From Raillietiella orientalis (Eukaryota), in the NCBI GenBank assembly GCA_036172245.1, contig JAYWIR010000011.1, forward strand, positions 4,340,001 to 4,404,000: DNA of 64,000 bases, in the 5' to 3' direction. Position numbers and translations under genes: made by a program. Below are positions 46,621-58,260 of this stretch, one piece after another. The notes under the pieces were generated by a model that worked only from the letters and a program-made list of their open reading frames with translations, had not been told where the DNA came from and did no database searches. How positions within the stretch are numbered: the stretch's first letter is position 1; each line of letters opens with the position of its first letter.

Positions 46621-48669
46621 AGGACTGCCAGGGTTGCGCCCCCGGCGGCGGGGTGGCGTCTGCGCACGCCCTCCCCCCTGCGGGAGGGTTCCGCCTCCTC
46701 GATTTGGTCCAAGCTGAGCGCTCCTTCCAGCCCCGGTCCAAGGGGGCTTCCAGCCGCATCCCACGCAGCCGTCCTCCGAGGGATTAGGGGCCCAACTCTT
46801 CCCATCGCCTCCCGGCCTCAAGATGGCGGCGGCTCCACTTCCTCCTCCCGGAGGCACTGTTCCCGCCTTTCCGCCCATCTCCGGAGCGGTAGAGGGGAGG
46901 GGAAGGATATCCATCTCATCGAGGCCGCTCCCTCCTTCCCCCTTCAAAGGAAGATGGGAAAACAAGGAGGCGAGCATCCCTGGACCTCGGAGGAGACTCC
47001 CGTCAGGCACACGGGATCACGCGATCGCTCTGTCGGCACGGACAGTTGCAGGGAAGCGACAGCGGCGATCCGGGCGTGGCATGGAGGCATCCGCCCGCCG
47101 GGAGGGCCGCGCCCTCGGCTCGCAGCCGGAGGGGAAGCCCCCCTACTCCAGAGGGGGGTGCGGCTCACGACCCCTGGAGCTCGCCCGCTCTCGCAAGAAG
47201 CCGTTCGGAGGATCCCCTGCAGACGTCAGGCAGGTGACTCGCTGCCCCGATGACGCTTCACCCTAACGCTCTGGGACCAGCCAGAACCCGGCTCTCTCCC
47301 CCTACCCCCTTCTTCTGAACCACCGGTTTACTTCCCGTGTCCTCCGCTTACGTTCCCACGTGACGTGGGGATGTAGAGTAGAAGATTGGGAACGCGAAAG
47401 AGGGGAACGGACTTTCCTCCTTGGACCCCCGGCTATTCCCGGTAACGGAACGGATTTCCGCTTTCCTACTCCCACGAAAATGTGCCCCTCCTCCCCTCCC
47501 TTCTCCATCTTTCATCGCTCCCTCGTCTTCCGCCGGCGGGGCCGGTTTCCAGGATTCGGGCGTCCAAATTCCCAGGGGGTGGATGTCTCGTCTCCAGGCT
47601 AGAGGAGGGACGCTCACCTCTACCCTCACCACCTTCCTCGGACGTCTCCCTCTGTTCCTTTCCCCCTCCCTCCCTCCTCACGAGCGTGTGAAACCGAACC
47701 TCGGAAGGTGCTGCAGGGGCAGGCCAAGGTTCTGGGTATCGGATGAGGTCATCGCAGGAGGACGCTCGTATCGAGCCCTAGGGGCTCCGAGGCGATAGGG
47801 AGATACAGCAGGATAGAGAGAAAGTGAGGAGGAGGAGAAAGGGAAGGAGAAAGAGGAGGGAGGGAGGGAGAGGAGGTGGAGACAAGTGCCGTCGAGGAGT
47901 GCCCGGCCAGGGACAAAGGAGAAACTGAAACGGGAAGGGTGGCAGGTAGGCTGGCAGGAGGGAAGAAGTGTGCAGGCTGCGAGGGGCTTTGCATGGAGGG
48001 CGAAGATTCCTTCGGCCGACCTCGTAGATGCTGCGCGCGAGATGTCTCGGGTTTCGGGAAGCCCTCTCTCCCTTCCTCCTCTTCCTCCCTGCCTCCAAAA
48101 TCCTCCGGCCTCCTAGAGAGCGACGAAACCGGAAGCTGCAGTAGGCGCTGTCCTCTTTCGCCAGCATCTGCGTAGCGACAGGGATGCCGGGACGACGCAG
48201 CACCCGGAACCTGGGGATCCTTCCCTGGAGTTGCTGTCTGCGGATTCCCGGCACGCAAGGAGCCACGGCGTAGCGAGGACCAAGGCGACCTGATAATCAA
48301 CGGCACGTCCCCCCTCCCCCTCCCTGATTGCCTGCCACCACGCCATTTCTGTTTGGTTTCGGATGACGCTAACGACCCACGTCAAACATACGGCTCTCGA
48401 GAGCAGCCTCGATAAGCCGCCGTCAAATCACCATCTCCTCCTCCTCTTCTCCTCTTTCCCTTTCCGTTCCGTCCGCGCACTCGGGAATAAAGTTCGCGCG
48501 GCCCCCGCTCGGTTCCAGCCGAGCCAGCAGCACTCGAACTGCGCCCGTCCTCCGCCGATGGCGGCGAGACCATCCCTCGCCGGTGCTCTCATCCAGCCAA
48601 GAAAGCAGCGCGCTCTCCGCTGCGCACGCGCGCATCAGCAGGCCGAGTGCACCAGAAGTGGTACCACGT

Positions 48670-48857
48670 AGGACGGCGTCACATGGAGGTTCATCACACT
48701 GAGGGTCGTCACGTAGGGCGGCAGCACGTAGAGGTTCTTCACATAAAGGGTCATCACATAAAGAATCGTCATCAATCACACAGAGGGTCGTCACACAGAG
48801 CGGCGTTACATTGAGAGTCTCTCACACAGAGGGTCTTCGGATAGAGTGGTAACACGG
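48670..48857. repeat. Degenerate 15-bp minisatellite
   Basis: About 12 units of consensus gagggtcgtcacaca/ta. On - it reads as LCDDP-type pentapeptides, with frameshifts. Confidence 0.8.
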
Positions 48858-51204
48858 AACAAAGGCTCCTTTCACTTTTCACCTTCTAGTTTTTGCTTTT
48901 CTCTCTACGCCCCACAAGGCGGCTTCAGGATGCTCTTTGGATTTGCATCTTAATTCTCACCCCTACGTTCCAACCGGCTCCTGAATTGCTGCCCCGCACG
49001 GCGTAAAGGGTCACCGCCGATGGGGCATGGAAAACTCGGTTTCGAGTGGTGAAGCCATGCACTCGGTAGCGACCACGGATGAAACGAATCCACGTTTTTG
49101 ACGGAAGACTCGTTTCAGCAGCCCTTTCGCCTTCCCCCCCCCCTTTTGTTTTTTGTTTTTCGCGCGTTTTTCCTTTTTTTTTAGGAACGATAAACGAAAA
49201 GAAAAAAGAAGAAAGCAATCCCAAAATTTCGTCCAGGCGGCGGGCGGACGAACCGCCAGCAGCCACGGGGCACTGTGCACAGCCGCCGGTCCCGCCTGGA
49301 CGTGAAGAGGACTCGCACACGGGTCCCCGTTCGTTTCCTTGCCCGAGGGGCAGTGACTGCACCTTCCACAGACAGCGCCCCTCATTGAAGAAGGATGCCG
49401 GCCAGCTCAGTCGGCTGATGGCTCAGAAAATACCCAATCGACCTGAAGATCTGCATGACTGCGACCACTTTGCACCCACGGGCTGCCTGCCGCGGACGCT
49501 CCAACCGCTGCAGGAGCTCTTTCTTTCTTTCTTCTCTTTTTTCTTAGAAGCCTACGTAGTCACCGTTCGGAGGAGGAAGGAAATTCAAGGGAAAAAGAGA
49601 GGGAGGGAGAGAGAGAGAAAGTGAAGGATAGGAAAAAAGCAATAAATGTGCATTTCAACTTAACACTGCCTTCTGGTGAGGAATAACCTTCTCCTTGCGT
49701 TCCCTTCGGTGCCGCGTGGGGATCGATACCTTCCAACATGAAATTCGATTATATCAGCCGATGCCGTGGCAAAGTTTTCCACCGTCCCTATTTTGCTGCT
49801 TTCGCCCCAAAAAGTTCGCATCCCCTTCCGGAGAGAGATGTGGATCCTACGGCGACGTACTCTGGTCCACTCACTTACGGCTCAATACGAGAAGAACTTG
49901 GGCATGCGACCCGAAAGATGATGACCGAGCGCCCACGAGTGAGCCCTGGACGCCTCGGACGCGGCATCCGAAGGCAGCAGCAGCAAGAAGCGCCCTGCGT
50001 GCCTAATCGCGTTGCTACGGACAGTCTCCGACCAGCATTCTGGTCCACCCGCGCCGCGTTCTAATTGGGGTTTCTCCCAAAGACCCGCCACCGTCAAACT
50101 TTCCCGCCGTAACATCGCCAGCAAAATCGGGCTCGTGGCCTTCCCCCCCCCCCCCCCCCCTTCCGTGCTAAAAGGCAAAACACACTGCAGGGAAACTTTC
50201 AGATGATCGGATCTTTGGGTCCACTCTTTCGCATCGCCTTTTCTCGAGCTGGCCTGCAGAAGCAAGCCTCAAGCACCGCAGCACGATGACAAGGCTTTAA
50301 TCAAAAGAGCAACACTTCCTGTCATTACATATAATTGCCCTGCCCATTGGCCGCTTTCTCTAATTGCAGGATCGCCTTCATTGAATAGCAGCTCCCGAAT
50401 CCTCGTAATTAGCCATAGGCTAGCGGTGACCCTATTATTTGCCAGCAGCGCAAGTCAGCAGGACAAGGGACAATCGAAAGTTTCCTGCACTAATGAAAAG
50501 CAGTGCGAATATCACATACGTAATACGTTAGCAACCACCACGTGGAGAATGTACTTTTAATTTGTGTATTTGAACCGTCACGCTGCTCGGCAAATAATGG
50601 ATCGTTTGATCAAAAGCATGTCATAGGAGTGACGTCATTCAAAAATGGCCCACTTGGGAAGCACGAGAAAGATAAAGGGCTAGAAGGATTTTCTGTGGAA
50701 GGAAACTCTCCTCGGACTTTCGTGATTATCTACGCTTTATTGACACTGCGTAAGTTGAGTAATCCGCACGGCGCCAGTTGCGCACACTCCACGCACGGAT
50801 GCGCTGCGCCCCCGAGGACGTTGGTGCATTCCGAAGGGAAGATTCCTTCCGTTCCAGCCACCGTCCGATCCGACGCGGATGCCGCGTTCTTCCTCCCAGT
50901 AGTCGTTCACACCTTGGATTGTGCTCAAGTGGAGGTTTGGCTTAAACGAACCCATCTGGGCGTTCAAGCAAACCACAGGGCAGCCCTCCCATTTCTGCCC
51001 CGGGTGGTGTCCTCGACGCTTCGGCGGCTGAAGCGAAACTCTGCGCGCACGTCAAGGGCTTGGAGAAAAAGCCCCCCATTTTCGAATTTGCACGGCTTTC
51101 CACTTTGGGGGAAAAAAAAAGCGCCTAGAAGCTTCGGAGTCCATTTCGGCAGGCGGCTCGAGCAAATCTCGTCGTCCCACGGAGCCAGGGAAGGGGTGAG
51201 AAGA

Positions 51205-51740
51205 GGGGGAGGACAACCTCAACTGGGAACGGGGGAACCCGGCCCAAGAGACCGCGGTGCCCTGGGCGACGGGCGTCCACCTCCGAACGCGGGCGTCCCT
51301 GCAAGTGGAGTGGGTCCTCCCGCAGCAGCAGCAGCAGGGGTTGCCCCGCGCACAGGCGAAGGGGGTGGGGGGAACAACGTCAACTAGCAACGGGGAAACC
51401 CGGCCCAAGAGACGGCGGTGTCCGGGGTGGGCGGGGGGGGGGGGTCGTCCTCCCTGCAAGTGAGTGGCGCTGCTGCTCGGAGCGGGCGCGATGGCCGCCG
51501 GTCCTCCTGCCGCAGCAGCAGCAGCAGGGGTTGCCCTGCGCGCAGGCGAAAGGGGTGGGGGGAACAACGTCAACTAGCAACGGGGAAACCCGGCCCAAGA
51601 GACGGCGGTGTCCGGGGCGGGGCGCGGGGGTCGTCCTCCCTGCAAGTGAGTGGCGCTGCTGCTCGGAGAGGGCGCGATGGCCGCCGGTCCTCCCGCCGCA
51701 GCAGCAGCAGCAGCAGCAGCAGGGTTGCCCCCGCGCGCCG
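51205..51740. repeat. Three-unit tandem repeat (about 160-190 bp) with (CAG)n tracts
   Basis: Units start near 51212, 51373 and 51563 (acaac.tcaact.g.aacgggg.aacccggcccaagagac). The CAG tracts have 5, 5 and 8 units. Confidence 0.92.
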
Positions 51741-51930
51741 CTGGCCGCATCTGCGTCTTTTGCGAGGAGGCAGCGGCGGGCGCGGTACAGCCCGCGCGAG
51801 CGAGCGCGGCTCCGCATTGGCCGTCGGGGAGCGCAGGCGCGCGTGCTGCGTCAGTGGGCAGGGAGAATTCGTTTTCATTTGTGTTTACGTGCAGCCCGTG
51901 CTGCTCGGCTACCAAAAACGCAGGTGGTAA
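51700..51930 (+). promoter_or_regulatory. Probable CpG-rich promoter / non-coding first exon of CERT
   Basis: CpG-dense segment with an inverted CCAAT (attgg at 51817), directly before the AT-rich region. That region ends at acceptor ttctag (52599), 37 nt upstream of the CERT ATG. Confidence 0.4.
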
Positions 51931-52636
51931 AGCGGTGAACGTGTTGCTGATCGCAGAATGTGGGGAAGAACGGTGGAAGGCTCACTCCTCACGTGAAATC
52001 CGCGAGCTTTTGGCATCCTTCTGTGCGTGTCTGTGTTTTTGGCATGTGAATCTTCCAACTGCCGCTGGTCCGTTCCCGAGCGTTTTCCCGACACTCCGTT
52101 TCCAACCCTTGTGAATTTTTCGCAAAAATAGTAGGTGTTGATTCATCCCCGAAGAGAAATTACATGCTTCAGTCGGCAAAAAGAATTCCAATCTTGAAGT
52201 GTATATGTTCATTAAATGCCCGAATAACAAAGGTAATTGTTTGTATTGTCTTGTTGCGTTCGTATTGCTATATGGGTGAGCTGTCATTAAATTTTTCACA
52301 CGTAAAAGTTATGATAGGGTCTATAATGATTATGCTGTGTTAGTTTATTGATACATATTGCCCTAATCTGTGAAACGGCCAGTCTGTATATATACCTAGA
52401 GTGCTGTCCTCTTTATTGGATAGATGTATGATTATGATGAAGGTGGTGGTGATATAATGAAGTCAATTGGCAAATGTCATTATGGTCAGTCTAACAAGCC
52501 ATCTTGCAGAATACTTAAAAGCGATTTGAGCATTTTTTGCAGTCCTTGTTTGCTAGCATATGTGTATGCTCAAATTTTTTAATGCAATTGCTATTCTAGG
52601 CTTGGAAATGCACTGCTTAAGCTTTGCTGTAACATA

Positions 52637-54414
52637 ATGCCTATTGGCTCCCATCGCCGTGCTCACTCTGACGATATTCGTCGCATTCAGTACAGACTGG
52701 GTGTGGATGAATTCAACGGTGATGATGATTGTTTGGGCAAGATTCCAAAACGAGTTGGGATGCTTAACAAGTGGACCAACTATTTACATGGGTGGCAGCT
52801 TCGCTACGTTGTTCTCCGTGCTGGGACCCTAGCCTATTACCGGTCAGAACATGATCTTGGTTATGGCTGCCGAGGAGCTGTGCTGCTGCAGAGGGCTGAC
52901 ATTAAGGTATTAAGTACCAGTGAAATCTTTAACATAAATCGTGTATTTCAGCCTCATGAATTTGATGAATGCCGATTTGATGTGTGTGTTAATGGCAATG
53001 TGTGGTATTTGAGAGCCAATAGTCGGCAAGAAGCACAAGACTGGATGGAGGCATTAGAAGCACATAAAGTATAACTTACATGTTTATCTTGGTTGCCAGA
53101 TATAATTGTGGTTTAGGGGGAGTCTGGATTTGGAAGTCAGTCATCACTATGTCGGCATAGCAGCAGTGCCTCAGTATGCTCCACAGCATCTTCATGTAGT
53201 GGATTAGGCCTGAAAGAACGCCTGAGTGAAGCAGATGCCCTACGTGAAACTGTTTGCAAGCACATGGAAGGATTGCAACGAAAGATAGATGATAATGGTT
53301 TTGTGACTGAAATGTTGCTTTTGAAGACTTCTATTATAAAGTTGACTCAACTAATGGCTCAGTGTGCAGATGTAATGGTGCAACGTGAAGATGCATATCG
53401 CTGCAAATTAGAGAAAGAGCAAGAGCACCGTCGAAAGTTGGAAGAACTATTGGCTCACCAACATGAGAAGCAGCCTGTGAGAGGTGGTCCTGATTATGAG
53501 GTAGAACTCGTGAATTTTCGTTCCTTTGGTATGCCTGTGCTTTTAAGGAAGGACCTCATTCTGCAATTACAGAAGAAGAGTTTTTTGATGCTGTTGAGGC
53601 TAGTCTTGATAAGTTGGAGGAAGCAGAGGCGCAGCGTCAGAAGCCAGTTGCACTCTCCAGTTCCTTGGATCCAGTTGCCAGCACTGAAATACAAGCACTT
53701 GCTTCCGAGATTGATATGGTGGTTCTGGAGCAGTTGCGTTATGCACTCCAAGGAGTGGAAGGTGGCACCTGGTCACTCTTTGCAGAAGAAGGTGCTATGC
53801 AGCTGTATCGACGTGAAGAGGAAGTGGAAGGATTGGTGTGTGACCCACTGAAAGCTGCACATCGTGTGACAGGTGTCACAGCACGTGAAATGTGTGAAAC
53901 ATTCTGGCAGCCCAACACACGTCAAGATTGGGATCTCTCTTTGGAGACTGTTCGAGTACTTGCAGCACCTCTCCCTTCTACCCTCTTGTTTCATCAGCTG
54001 CACAAGCGAATTTGGCCTGCTGCCCAAAGAGATGCTGTTTTCTGGTCCCATATGCGGTGCATCAAAGACTCGCAAGAGTGTGGGAGCAGCCGAGTTCCAC
54101 ATGCTCATGATTTATGGATTGTCTGCAACCATTCAACTGAACATGTAGAAGCACCACTTTCTTCCTCAGCTATTCGAGTGAAGTTGACTGTCTGCCTGGT
54201 TTGTCAGACATCCATTCGCCCCCTTCCTCCTGGACATGAACCAACACGTAATGACCTGACATGTCACGTTGTGTATTGCTCCGTTATCAATCCCGGAGGG
54301 TGGGCACCAGCAGCAGTGCTGCGTGCCGTGTATCGTCGGGAATATCCGAAGTTCTTGAAGCGTTTTACAGAATTTGTGCAAGAACGCCGCCGGGATAGAC
54401 CAATTCTGTTTTAA
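52637..54414 (+). CDS. CERT1: Ceramide transfer protein (PH - Ser-rich - coiled coil - FFAT - START)
   Basis: Exons 52637-52906, 52952-53068, 53117-53500 and 53548-54414, with introns of 45, 48 and 47 nt. PH domain [66 protein letters not shown] (FFAT). START domain DPLKA..HKRIWPAAQRD..NPGGWAPAAVLRAVYRREYPKFLKRFT..PILF. AATAAA at about 54429, 54560 and 54578. Confidence 0.97.
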
Positions 54415-57400
54415 TTTCAAATTTTGTAAATAAATACCAGTTAGTTCAGCGTTTATACCGAAAGTGGTGCAGTCCGTCTAGTGAGTTTCAAGTTGCTATT
54501 GAACATTTTTAAATGATTTCTCATCCCACTGTGATTGGTGGAAAGCTATTCGAACTTGGAATAAAGCTGTAAGTAGTAATAAAAATTTTCCGTACAAATC
54601 GACATAAAATACAGCAAGTTTTTTTTTTTTTTCTTTCTTTCTTTTGTGTTATCATTTATCAGATGATTATATGAAAGAATGGCACGGTTCTGCGAAGTGT
54701 GGCCTCAAAAAGCGCCATCCGCCGAACCCTAAATTGGGACTCGGAAGTGCTCGCAGTGATCCAAAGCTGACTAACGAACGCACCAGGGATGGTGGTGATC
54801 CTCTGCGTAGGCAGCCAGCAATCCGGTGTTCCTCGACGCATGATGTTTTCCCCAGAGCCACTCTCGGGAAACCCTGCAAGCGCTGTACACGTGCTGCAGC
54901 GTACGGCGACCACCAGAGGCGAGGGTGTACGTGTACGTCTCCCCGGCACGTGCAGCCGCGGCCCTTGGCGACGTAGGCGGGACGCACCGTGGTGTGCTGC
55001 CAGCAGCCGCCCTATCGTTCCGGCGCACTGCCCGTTTCCATGGGGCTGCTGAATCGAGGAAAGGTGCGGCGGAGCAGAAGAAGACGTGTGGAATTTCCCC
55101 CCTTCGTTTCCGTGGCCACCACTTCGGTGCGTTCTCTGCGCGCCGCCGTTTCGTGGACACGCGCCTGGGGAGCCTCGCAGGCCGCATTTTATTCCGGTGG
55201 GCCGAATGACCTCCGAAAGAAAACGAATCCACCGTCCCGGGGGGGGGGGGGAGGCAGCGACTCCTCACTCGTCCGTTCAAAGTTTGTTGACGAAGTAATT
55301 CCTTCTTTTCAAACGCCACTCTGGTGCTGATGAGGGATAATTGGCAAAAACGGAAGAATAATGGCAAATGCCATAAAAGTGGATTGTATGGTAGTCGGAA
55401 TGAATCGGAAACCGATGGCAGCCCTGAAGTCCCGAAATTCGATCGTAACGACCACTGTCCTCGCAAACCAAAGAGGAGGAAAGATACGCGGGACGAAGAG
55501 GGCACTTGCTGCTGCCCGCGGCATTCTTCGAGCCGAACTTGGAACCAGTGCCGGAACCGGGATGCGGTTCCGTGGCGATCCATACTTTGCAGAATGTACG
55601 ACCGTTATGGGTCTTCTTCACCAGCACCTCCGGATCCTCTTCGTGTCGGATTCGGCGACTCTGAAACCAAATGCTTCGGTTCCAGCTGCTGTCGTCCGCT
55701 CTTTTCGCAGGGAGCACAGCGTTCTTCGAAGAAAGTTCCTTAAAGACCGCGAGATTTTCCTTTGCTGCCCCCTTCCACCGATGCCTTCGCGCTTCTGATG
55801 TCTTCAGAAGGATTTTCTCCCCAAATTTACCTCCCCTTTCAGGGACACGGACTTCGCCGTCGGTTGCCAGGGGTCCCTTTTTGCACCGCACTCACTCACT
55901 CCCCCTTACGAGCGAACAAAAAAAGAGCTGCATGTTTACACCTTGCGATGATGCTCGTCGCTTTAAGCAGCAGACCTTCAAAAAAAAAAAAAAACAAGAA
56001 AACAAGAAGCTGAATGGACCGTCGCAAGTAGCTATAGATCACAAGCAGCAGCATCGAAGGAGAAAAAAAAAATCCCCGATCAGCAGCCGCCAGCAGGAAA
56101 AGAGCACTGAATTTCACAGCAGGAGGAAAACGAGCACGAATAAAAAGGCCACTCCGCTCTCTTCGGCAGAGAGAAGCCTTCGGGAAGCGTGGAGTGGGGG
56201 GAAATTGCGAGAGGACGCGGTTGGTCTGCCTTCCCTGCGTACATCCATTGGTGTACGGAAGTTGCGTGCCTCACGCCATCAAAGACACCTCCTGCGGACG
56301 CCGCCGCCCGTGTCCCCGGACCGCTCCGCAAGCGCGGAGGGCTACCTGATGCGGAAGATTGCCTTCTTTGTGTGCGGAGGAGCTGCCCCGTAATTATGCA
56401 GCGAGGAGGGCAAAAAGGCTGCGGTTCGTCCCAAGACGCCTGATGGTGATGAATTCGGGATGCTGCCCGCATCGAACTCGGGTTCTCTCCCCCCCCCCCT
56501 CCCCCTACTGGCCACCTGTTCCTGCGGCACAGCTCCTTCGCCGACCCCTTTCTGCCCCGCGCGCATCCTGTATGCAGATGCGGATGCTCCCCTCCCCGTC
56601 CTACTTCCCTCCCTCCCTTCCCCAGGTTCGCGCACTCGAACCGGGATCGAACGAGCGTAAATCACGAGGCTTGCAGATGGTTTGCGCAGAGCAAGAAAAC
56701 AACACGCCGTCTAAACACGAAATTTTCATGAGATCACGGCGGAGACAGTGTTGCCTTTTTGATTTATTTTGGGAATTCCCCAGCTCGAAAATACATTTTG
56801 CAGGGCCTTTGCAACGTATGGTGGTGCACACAGTCTCCCGGGAGGGGCCATACTCGATACAAAAAAAAAAAAAAAAATTCACCGAGATACATAGGCGTCC
56901 TAAAGTTCATCGAGGAGGAGGAAGGACGTCCGTGATTACAAGATCACGTGAGGGCGTGCTCGTAAGCCAGAGGGAATAGGTTCGCGGAAAATATGGGACC
57001 ACGAGGAGGGAGGGAGAGACGAACGCTTCCAGAGCGCCTTCTCGTCGGCGGTGCAGGGAGGAGGGGGAAGGGGGCACGTATGCTACCGCTAATTGATTTT
57101 TTTTTTTTTTCTGCGTTCGCCGGAATCCTTGCAGCCAGGTTTCGCCTTTCCATGTTTTCAAGTCTTCCTGGCGGAGACGCGGTGATGTGCGAGGGGAGGA
57201 GATCAGCCCTCGTAGCAGGTTAATGAGACGAGGATGAATCAGCGGGAGTACTTGATGCCATTGCGCTCTCTCGCATTTGTCTAATTAATGAGCTTCCAAC
57301 GCGCGCGCACTTGTCCGTATTCGTCGAGAAAGGTGTCCTTTCCCTGATCGCGAAGGAAACTCCGTAGCTGCACCTGTTCCCCGGAAAGGCGGCGACGACT

Positions 57401-57719
57401 CCCCTTCCTCCCCCCCTTCCCCGAGAAATTCGCCGGCCCGTTTGCCCTCGGAAAGCGCGACGAGGCGCGAGGACTCCCAGGTTTCGTGAACGGCTCCACT
57501 TTCCTCTTCTTCCTCTTTGGAGATCACTTACGGGAGTGCTCGCCTTGTCCTTCTCTTCGTCGAGATGGGGAGGCAGGCATTACAGGAACGCGTCGGTGTT
57601 CTTTTCAGACCGTTGCTGTTTCTCCGCTTCCGGCGCGCGAGGCTCCACTTGCCCGCCGGCGCAGCAGCCAGCGCGACCGTTGCCGTTTCTCCATCGCAAT
57701 CGGAGCCACCACCCGGGGG

Positions 57720-58260
57720 CCGTCTCTCCGGTTGGACCACGGGCTTTGGATGCGGTACTTGTGGAAGCCGGGAACGGGATGGCATCGTTGACTGATCTGC
57801 TGGATTCGAAGTCGACCCTCCGGGGTCCTTTCAGGAATCAAAGGCACCTTCGGGGTTCCCATTCGATCGTGAAAATAGATCCGTCCCTTCCCCCCTTCTC
57901 CTTGTGGGAGACCGTGGATCTGGTTGGTGCCTCTCCAAAGTGTAAAAAGCGCTCTGTTCCCTTCGGAGAGAGTCCTTCAGAGAGAGAGGAAATCAGGAGC
58001 GGGTTCCCTTGAGAGTTTCCTCCGGAGAAAAAAAGAGGATTGGCCCCTTTCAGGGGATCCCTACAAAGAAAACAAGGAAGAGATTTTATTTGGGGTTCCC
58101 TTCGGAGACAACCAGGACAGGGGTTCTCTTCCGGGTTTCCCTACGAAGCGTAAGAAGCGAACAGATTCCTTCCTCCGGAGTCCTTCCTAGGTTCATAGGG
58201 TGGTCCCCTCCAGGGTCCGCTCCCCTCTCTATAACTTGAAGAATCACAAGCACCCTCGAA
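57720..58260 (+). mobile_element. SINE-like element, copy F (head missing)
   Basis: gctttggatgcgg, ggggtcctttcaggaatcaaag, cctctccaaagtgt, tail ttcctccggagtccttcctaggttcatagggtggtcccc..taacttgaagaat. A further tail fragment lies on - at about 60085-60170. Confidence 0.75.
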
